Of a stretch of DNA of 7,015 nucleotides, positions 1 through 3,514 are shown piece by piece. The first letter of the stretch is position 1. Each line of letters opens with the position of its first letter. The position numbers and the translations under genes are program-made. The notes beneath the pieces are model-generated. The model ran no database searches. It saw nothing but the letters and a program-made list of their open reading frames with translations, and was not told where the DNA came from. This DNA is from an uncultured Gammaproteobacteria bacterium (GTDB taxonomy: Bacteria > Patescibacteriota > Patescibacteriia > UBA2591 > UBA6264), in assembly GCA_964507075.1 (NCBI GenBank), contig CAZDOL010000014.1, forward strand, positions 5,094 to 12,108. Reading direction: 5' to 3'.

Positions 1-36
1 TCGCTTTTTTATTTGGAGATAAAATTATTGATTTTT

Positions 37-555
37 ATGTTTAATAAGAAATATTCCAATAGCAAGGCTTTCACTATTATAGAAATGATGGTAGTTTTAG
101 GCATTACAGGTCTTCTGGCCGCTCTGTTAATAGCTAATATGCATTCTGGAGGAGAGGGAATGGATTTGACTTCTGAGGCGCAGAAATTAGGAGTGGTTAT
201 TCGCCAAGCCCAGATGATGGCATTGGCTGGTAAGCAAATTAATTTGAGCCGCCCGGCTTATGGTTACGGTGTTTACATTGCTTCCATGTCTTATAAGCTT
301 TTTGCGAATGATTATGATGGGGCTTCTTATTTATATGATGATGGTGATGATACAATCATTCAGTCTTTTTCTTTTCCCGATAATATAGAAATGAAGGTTC
401 CTGCAGCTGCTTTCTCTATTATTTTTACACCTCCATTAGGCGAGATAGAAGCTTCTGTTGCTCTTCCACTATATGTTACACTAACCCATGTGCCAATTAA
501 TTTAAGTAGATTTCTAAAAATTACTTCTTATGGAGAAGTTGATATTTATAAATAA
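37..555 (+). CDS. Prepilin-type N-terminal cleavage/methylation protein; GspH/FimT-FimU-like minor (pseudo)pilin
   Basis: The ORF track gives 13..555 from a TTG. The first ATG, at 37, yields MFNKKYSNSKA|FTIIEMMVVLGITGLLAALL: a short basic leader, F at +1, E at +5 and a ~20-aa hydrophobic helix, which is a class III (prepilin) signal. It has Ala rather than the usual Gly at -1. The following LTSEAQKLGVVIRQAQMMAL resembles the GspH/FimT helix. Stop is TAA at 553-555. The start is ambiguous (13 or 37). Confidence 0.8.
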   Translation: MFNKKYSNSKAFTIIEMMVVLGITGLLAALLIANMHSGGEGMDLTSEAQKLGVVIRQAQMMALAGKQINLSRPAYGYGVYIASMSYKLFANDYDGASYLYDDGDDTIIQSFSFPDNIEMKVPAAAFSIIFTPPLGEIEASVALPLYVTLTHVPINLSRFLKITSYGEVDIYK

Positions 556-1090
556 AAAAGGTCAGAGTTTAATTGAATCAGTGGTAGCTATTTCTATTGT
601 GGTTATTGCCGTGGTAGGCATTATGTCTGTTGGGTTAACCAGCATGAGTTTAGGTGGACAATCAGAGGAAAGGGTTGTGGCTATTAATTTAGCGCGAGAA
701 GGCATAGAAATTGTTTCTGCCACTCGTAATAGCAATCTTTTGGACCCAGAACAATCTTGGCCTTATGGATTAACCATTGGTTCATATAGGGTTGGATTTG
801 ATCTAGCTGGTTTAGTTATGGGTGCGGATGCTGAATTTGATGGAGGCACTACTGTGGAATATTGCACCAATTGTCGCCTTTGTCAGGATGCTGCTGCTGA
901 ATATTATTATCACAATGATAGTTGCTCTACATGGAGTCCTTTTTATAGATTAGTTGTTATTTCTGCTGGTGATGATTTGGGCGGGAATTGTGATGATTGC
1001 GAAAAAAAGATTATTTCTTCTGTTTATTGGGAAGAGAGGGGCAAAGCGCATACCATTAGCTTTGAAACTCGTTTTACTGATTGGAGATAG
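530..1090 (+). CDS. Prepilin-type minor pilin, PilV/GspI-like, Cys-rich C-terminal half
   Basis: MEKLIFINKKG|QSLIESVVAISIVVIAVVGI has G at -1, E at +5 and a hydrophobic helix. It overlaps the upstream gene by 26 nt, suggesting operon coupling. VVAINLAREGIEIV resembles PilV-type minor pilins. Six Cys lie at aa 112-157 (CxxCxxC...C...CxxC). Stop is TAG at 1088-1090. Confidence 0.8.
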   Translation: MEKLIFINKKGQSLIESVVAISIVVIAVVGIMSVGLTSMSLGGQSEERVVAINLAREGIEIVSATRNSNLLDPEQSWPYGLTIGSYRVGFDLAGLVMGADAEFDGGTTVEYCTNCRLCQDAAAEYYYHNDSCSTWSPFYRLVVISAGDDLGGNCDDCEKKIISSVYWEERGKAHTISFETRFTDWR

Positions 1091-1092
1091 AG

Positions 1093-1135
1093 ATTGGGTA
1101 ATTGGGTACCTAGGTGCTCGGGTAATCAGGTAATT
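1093..1135. repeat. G-rich repeat arm, copy 1 (attgggta x2 followed by gggtacctaggtgctcgggtaatcaggtaatt)
   Basis: Positions 1104-1135 are 30/32 identical to 2133-2164. Positions 1096-1122 are 22/27 complementary (ungapped) to 1513-1539. The arm lies between the ORF2 stop (1090) and the ORF3 ATG (1143). Confidence 0.85.
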
Positions 1136-1142
1136 AAAAATT

Positions 1143-2129
1143 ATGTCAACAGGTTTAGATAATTTAGAAATATATAAATTAGCTGAGAAGCTGGAAGTTT
1201 TTATTTATAAACTGAGTAAAAAATTTCCAGATGACGAAAAATATCGCACAGTTGACCAACTAAACAGATCATCTTCTGCTGTTTCTAACAACATTGCTGA
1301 AGGATATGGTAGATATTCTTTTCAAGATAAAATAAATAAATTTTATATTGCTCGAGGCGAAGCTGAAGAAACGCGGAAAGGTATAAACAAAAGCCATAAG
1401 AAAGGTTTTGTTTCTGTAAAAGAAGCTGATTTGTGTGATAAAAATTATACACAATTGATAAAACAGATTAATGCTTATATTAATTTTTTACGTCGTCAGC
1501 AAAATCCCAATCCCCAAGTACCCAAGTACCCAAGTACCCACAATAAGGGTTTCACCCTTATTGAACTTATGGTTTCTTTGGGTATTTTGGTTGTGGTTAT
1601 TCTTTCGGCTATGGGTATTTATTTGCGGGTAATTGGAACCAGAGAGCAATCTTTGGGAGACCTTAATATTCAAGAAGAAGGGCAATATATTATGGGTTTG
1701 ATAGTTAAGGATATTCGGGCTGGGCAGATTGATTATAGTTCTTATGTGGGGGATTTGGATGAGCCCGAAGATGATCTTATGCTTCTGGATTCTTCTAGCG
1801 ATGAGATTAGATACAAGAGTGATTTGGCTGGTAGTGGAAGTTGTACTCAAAATAGGTGTGTTTTAAAAAAATGCAAAGGACTGATTGTTGATGATTATTG
1901 TGACGATGATAATAATTATGAAGACATTACTATGACTGACATTAGTATTGAACGATTGGATTTTTATATCAACCCAACAAGCAATCCTTTCACAGCCGGT
2001 TCGGAAAGCTATAATCATCCCCATGTCACTATTATTTTAGAGCTTAAATCTTTAGTAGCAAAAAGTGCCACTACAGCTGAAGTCGTTCTTCAGCAAACGG
2101 TTTCCCAAAGATACACAAAAAGAAAATAA
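1143..2129 (+). CDS. In-frame fusion: four-helix-bundle protein (23S rRNA intervening-sequence protein / Avd-like family) + PilW/GspJ-like prepilin
   Basis: aa 1-~120 carry hallmarks of the four-helix-bundle family and its normal full length (LEIYKLAEKL..., SSSAVSNNIAEGYGRYSFQDKINKFYIARGEAEE, ...QINAYINFLRR). No stop follows. aa 121-135 (NPNPQVPKYPSTHNK) are encoded by a nucleotide repeat. Then comes G136|F137TLIELMVSLGILVVVILSAMGI, a textbook prepilin cleavage/methylation motif with E at +5, followed by QEEGQYIMGLIVKDIRAGQ (PilW/GspJ-like). No in-frame ATG/GTG/TTG exists between 1488 and 1551. Confidence 0.75.
   Translation: MSTGLDNLEIYKLAEKLEVFIYKLSKKFPDDEKYRTVDQLNRSSSAVSNNIAEGYGRYSFQDKINKFYIARGEAEETRKGINKSHKKGFVSVKEADLCDKNYTQLIKQINAYINFLRRQQNPNPQVPKYPSTHNKGFTLIELMVSLGILVVVILSAMGIYLRVIGTREQSLGDLNIQEEGQYIMGLIVKDIRAGQIDYSSYVGDLDEPEDDLMLLDSSSDEIRYKSDLAGSGSCTQNRCVLKKCKGLIVDDYCDDDNNYEDITMTDISIERLDFYINPTSNPFTAGSESYNHPHVTIILELKSLVAKSATTAEVVLQQTVSQRYTKRK
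1502..1540. repeat. C-rich repeat arm, copy 1 (aaatcccaatcccc + cccaagta x3.5)
   Basis: Its first 23 nt (aaatcccaatccccaagtaccca) are identical to 2236-2258. An 8-nt unit cccaagta is tandemly repeated at 1513-1520, 1521-1528 and 1529-1536, with a partial copy at 1537-1540. It is the approximate reverse complement of the G-rich arm. It is translated as NPNPQVPKYPST inside ORF3. Confidence 0.85.
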
Positions 2130-2132
2130 GTC

Positions 2133-2164
2133 GGGTACTTAGGTACTCGGGTAATCAGGTAATT
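2133..2164. repeat. G-rich repeat arm, copy 2
   Basis: gggtacttaggtactcgggtaatcaggtaatt is 30/32 identical to 1104-1135. It starts 4 nt after the ORF3 stop. Confidence 0.85.
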
Positions 2165-2205
2165 AGTTATTTATTAGAATAATTAGAATAATTTTACTAT
2201 GTCAT

Positions 2206-2967
2206 ATGTTATTAGATATATTTTTAAAAAAATTTAAATCCCAATCCCCAAGTACCCAATCCCCAAGCAACCAGTCTATCTCTTTAATTATCACAGTTCT
2301 TATTATTTCTTCTATTTTGGTTAGCACTATTACTGTTGGAGATGTTATGATTAGACATAGTCAAACAGTGAAAAGCTCTGAGGTTTCAGAAATTGCTTAT
2401 TTTGCTGCGGAAAGCGCTTTAGAAAAAGCGAGTTATGGAATTTTAAAGAATTACGATAATGTTTCTTCTTATACTTTAAGTGGCAGTATGACCAACACCG
2501 CGAAATACGAGGTTACTGATGTTAGTTTAGACAACAGGACTCCTTTAATTCCTTTTGAAGTGACCTTAGGAGCAGGCGAATCTTTTGAATTAGCATTAGA
2601 TTTTAATGGCACAAATATTTATCCACTAATTTTAAACATTGACCAAACAGCTTCTGTTTCAACAGATTTAATCATTTATGAATGTCTGACCATTGCTGTG
2701 CCTCCGCCTCCTCGTGTTTGCGATTCAGGATATACTCAGACATTTGTTTCTTCCTTGCCTTATAATTTAAGCATTTCAGAAGAGACAAAATATTATAAAA
2801 TTCGCATCAATAACTTGGATGCATCTGATTCAGAAACATATACCTTAACCCCAAGCGCGGACAATATTCCCGTAGGAGTTGACATCACTGCAAAAGGGGT
2901 TTATGGGGGATATGAAAGGCAAGCTAAGAGCAGTTTTCCCAAATGGCAGACTTTTGGAACTGACTAA
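2206..2967 (+). CDS. PilX/GspK-like pilus assembly protein (N-terminal TM helix, no Glu5)
   Basis: MLLDIFLKKFKSQSPSTQSPSNQS-ISLIITVLIISSILVSTITVG is a basic leader plus one hydrophobic helix lacking E at +5, as in GspK/PilX. The later SEIAYFAAESALEKASYGI resembles the conserved A-x-x-AE-x-G/A helix of PilX N-terminal domains. It is fourth in an H-I-J-K-like gene order. Stop is TAA at 2965-2967. The ATG lies inside the AT-rich spacer of a repeat pair. Confidence 0.7.
   Translation: MLLDIFLKKFKSQSPSTQSPSNQSISLIITVLIISSILVSTITVGDVMIRHSQTVKSSEVSEIAYFAAESALEKASYGILKNYDNVSSYTLSGSMTNTAKYEVTDVSLDNRTPLIPFEVTLGAGESFELALDFNGTNIYPLILNIDQTASVSTDLIIYECLTIAVPPPPRVCDSGYTQTFVSSLPYNLSISEETKYYKIRINNLDASDSETYTLTPSADNIPVGVDITAKGVYGGYERQAKSSFPKWQTFGTD
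2236..2268. repeat. C-rich repeat arm, copy 2
   Basis: aaatcccaatccccaagtacccaatccccaagc shares a 23-nt identical core with 1502-1524. aagtaccc (2250-2257) is the perfect complement of gggtactt (2133-2140). It is translated in ORF4 as KSQSPSTQSPS, a different reading frame from copy 1. Confidence 0.85.
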
Positions 2968-2996
2968 TAAAACTGCTGTTATTTTTGTTGTTTTTC

Positions 2997-3005
2997 TGAT
3001 ATAAT
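2997..3005 (+). promoter_or_regulatory. Extended -10 promoter-like box (TGaTATAAT) upstream of the small ORF
   Basis: ctgatataat matches TGnTATAAT exactly and lies 34 nt upstream of ATG 3039. There is no good -35. In an AT-rich genome such boxes also occur by chance. Confidence 0.3.
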
Positions 3006-3038
3006 AATGTTATTATATAAACATAATAGAGAAATAAT

Positions 3039-3338
3039 ATGTCTTTGCCTGGATTTTTACAATCATGTTTTTGGGATGTGGATTTTGATAAGCTGAACCC
3101 CCAAGAATATCCTTATTTTGTCATAGAAAGAATTTTAGAATATGGAAATAAAAAAGACATAGGTTGGTTGGCTAAGAATTTCCCTAAAAACACAGTTAAA
3201 GAGACAATTATTAGTTCTCGTTTTCTTAGCCCCAAAAGCACTAATTTTTGGGCTTTGGTTCTTAATTTAGATAGAGATAAGGTTTTATGTTTGAAAAAGT
3301 CATCAACGAAAAAACAAAACAAAATTTGGTCACATTAA
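3039..3338 (+). CDS. Small conserved hypothetical protein (99 aa)
   Basis: A clean ORF with its own upstream TGnTATAAT box and a downstream hairpin. The N-terminal FWDVDFDKLNPQEYPYFVIERILEYGNKKDIGWL...SRFLSPKSTNFWALVL looks to me like a widespread small protein family of unknown function. I recall it being catalogued as a DUF (possibly DUF6922) but cannot verify that here. The antisense ORF 3113..3322 is its shadow. Confidence 0.6.
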   Translation: MSLPGFLQSCFWDVDFDKLNPQEYPYFVIERILEYGNKKDIGWLAKNFPKNTVKETIISSRFLSPKSTNFWALVLNLDRDKVLCLKKSSTKKQNKIWSH

Positions 3339-3346
3339 CTAATCAG

Positions 3347-3378
3347 TGAAGTGTTGAAGTCAGACTTCAACAACTTTA
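3347..3378 (+). terminator. Stem-loop 9 nt downstream of the small ORF (possible terminator or processing site)
   Basis: gttgaagtc-a-gacttcaac (3353-3371) is a perfect palindrome. It is extendable, with one bulge, to 3347-3378 (~14 pairs). Only a short T tract (ttt) lies at its 3' side, so it is not a classical intrinsic terminator. Confidence 0.3.
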
Positions 3379-3396
3379 CGCAAATTACTTAGTTTT

Positions 3397-3451
3397 GGGC
3401 GATTTTTTGCCAAATCGGAAAATTGCCCTTAAAACCCACACGAGCAAGGGC
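3397..3451 (+). promoter_or_regulatory. Two mutually exclusive hairpins in the leader of the fibre gene
   Basis: Hairpin A pairs gggcgatttt (3397-3406) with aaaattgccc (3419-3428): 9 Watson-Crick pairs plus 1 G-T, with a 12-nt loop. Hairpin B pairs gccctt (3425-3430) with aagggc (3446-3451). A and B share 3425-3428, so they cannot form together. Confidence 0.3.
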
Positions 3452-3477
3452 TTTCAGAGCGTCACTTTTGGGGGACA

Positions 3478-3507
3478 GTCCCCTTTAATAAAGTCCCCTT
3501 TAATAAA
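3478..3507. repeat. 15-nt perfect tandem duplication (gtcccctttaataaa x2)
   Basis: Direct reading shows 3478-3492 identical to 3493-3507, ending 7 nt before the ATG at 3515. It is preceded by the palindrome ggggac-a-gtcccc (3471-3483). Confidence 0.9.
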
Positions 3508-3514
3508 AAGATTT

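Noticed and set aside
863-886. CxxCxxC in the PilV-like protein as a ferredoxin-type 4Fe-4S site
   Set aside because: The protein is a pilin exported across the membrane. The fourth ligand spacing (CxxxCP) is absent. Disulfides or a structural metal are more plausible.
1143-1502. Four-helix-bundle module as the Avd component of a diversity-generating retroelement
   Set aside because: The family relationship is real. However, the window has no reverse transcriptase, no template/variable repeat pair with A-specific mismatches that I can see, and no C-type-lectin-like variable C-terminus. This could only be revisited with flanking sequence.
1093-1540. Region being an actual 23S rRNA intervening sequence
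   Set aside because: The flanks are protein-coding pilin genes with clear motifs, not rRNA. Only the architecture (arms enclosing the ORF) is IVS-like.
1269-1850. Minus-strand ORFs 1269..1454 (61 aa) and 1488..1850 (120 aa)
   Set aside because: Both lie entirely antisense to the long, motif-rich + strand ORF 1143..2129. Their translations are low-complexity (runs of I/F/N/T) with no recognisable motif. They are typical shadow ORFs of an AT-rich coding region.
3113-3322. Minus-strand ORF 3113..3322 (69 aa)
   Set aside because: It lies antisense inside the + strand ORF 3039..3338, which has the recognisable conserved motif. There is no independent support.
3395-3514. TTG-initiated 40-aa N-terminal extension of the fibre protein (MGDFLPNRK...SPLIKSPLIKRF)
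   Set aside because: The extension is encoded by the hairpin/duplication-rich leader, and SPLIKSPLIK is just the 15-nt duplication. It would place ~65 aa before the signal-peptide helix. ATG 3515 gives a conventional signal peptide. It is kept as a stated alternative only.
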